Positions 4,834-5,052 of a DNA stretch of 5,052 bases are shown piece by piece. Position numbers and translations under genes: made by a program. This stretch comes from a virus. Position 1 is the first letter of the stretch; each line of letters starts with the position of its first letter. Where the stretch lies: IMG/VR virus record IMGVR_UViG_3300045988_005550. One strand, written 5' to 3'. The notes under the pieces are model-generated. The model searched no databases. It saw nothing but the letters and a program-made list of their open reading frames with translations, and had not been told where the DNA came from.

Positions 4834-4869
4834 TTGCTTTCTGGTTGCTTTGTGGTATATGCTTTGTCC
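4834..4869 (+). repeat. Tandem 11-nt repeats TTGCTTTNTGG (two adjacent copies) plus a third degenerate copy
   Basis: TTGCTTTCTGG at 4834-4844 and TTGCTTTGTGG at 4845-4855 are adjacent. ATGCTTTGTCC at 4859-4869 shares the TGCTTTGT core. Confidence 0.6.
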
Positions 4870-4912
4870 TACGGTGATAAAGCTTTTTGGAGTCTTAGGT
4901 TTTAGAGCCGTA

Positions 4913-4962
4913 GGGCGATCGGTTCGATGAGAGGGCTTTCAGAACTGGTCGCCCTTTTTTTT
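4913..4962 (+). terminator. Long hairpin plus T8, intrinsic-terminator-like, ending 22 nt upstream of the VP1 start codon in circular coordinates
   Basis: 4913-4925 pairs with 4942-4954, giving 13 pairs of which 2 are wobbles. An inner extension pairs 4928-4932 with 4937-4941. T8 follows at 4955-4962. The element spans the linearisation point, and its T-run also appears at window positions 2-9. Confidence 0.6.
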
Positions 4963-5052
4963 ATCTATAGCTATGGATTTTTAGATGTCATCAGTTAATC
5001 GTTCTACTCAGCATCTGTTCTCTCAGATTCCTTCAACTCAGATTCCTCGATC
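4954..5052. repeat. Terminal redundancy, copy 2, identical to 1-99
   Basis: Same comparison as for copy 1. Confidence 0.95.
4985..5052 (+). CDS. VP1: Duplicate 5' fragment of VP1. It is a wrap-around artefact, not a second gene.
   Basis: The ATG at 4985 corresponds to the ATG at 32 (offset 4953). The sequence is identical to 32-99 and is truncated by the window end. Confidence 0.9.
   Translation, partial: MSSVNRSTQHLFSQIPSTQIPR

Noticed and set aside
4830-4877. 15-aa hydrophobic mini-ORF (MFAFWLLCGICFVLR) within the tandem-repeat region.
   Set aside because: There is no spacing for an SD, since GG directly abuts the ATG. Its hydrophobicity follows from the T-rich repeat sequence. The evidence is weaker than for the 20-aa ORF at 1712.
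4687-4905. 72-aa ORF covering most of the non-coding region.
   Set aside because: It starts at a TTG inside the terminator-like hairpin and runs through the T7 tract, both direct repeats and the 16-bp hairpin. It has no SD. Codon bias is unremarkable in its first half. The region is better explained as structured non-coding DNA.
4913-4954. GGTTCGAT at 4921-4928 looks like a tRNA T-loop, which hints at a tRNA or tRNA-like element.
   Set aside because: No flanking T-stem, acceptor stem, anticodon arm or D-arm can be drawn. The segment instead sits in the stem and loop of a simple long hairpin followed by T8.

Overview
The window is a complete, circularly permuted genome of a small ssDNA phage of the family Microviridae, with gokushovirus-like gene content. 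Bases 1-99 are repeated exactly at 4954-5052, so the unit genome is 4953 nt and the linear ends are an assembly wrap-around. All credible genes lie on the + strand, in this order: VP1 major capsid, a 20-aa hydrophobic micro-ORF, VP2 DNA pilot or minor capsid, a 32-aa amphipathic micro-ORF, a 39-aa arginine/lysine-rich J/VP8-like DNA-binding protein, an orphan 76-aa ORF, VP4 HUH rolling-circle Rep, VP5, and VP3 internal scaffold. An approximately 345-nt non-coding region (4639-4953 plus 1-31) closes the circle. That region is densely structured. It holds two hairpins after VP3, the second with a T-run, and a perfect 16-bp hairpin whose loop reads ACTTGAT, flanked by 15-nt direct repeats. It also holds tandem 11-nt repeats and a long hairpin plus T8 placed 22 nt before the VP1 start. 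I see no rRNA, tRNA, CRISPR array or transposase. Core gene calls rest on motifs I recognise from memory, with no database search. The most interesting items are the candidate origin hairpin, the three unannotated small ORFs (20, 32 and 76 aa), and the terminator-like elements at unexpected positions.
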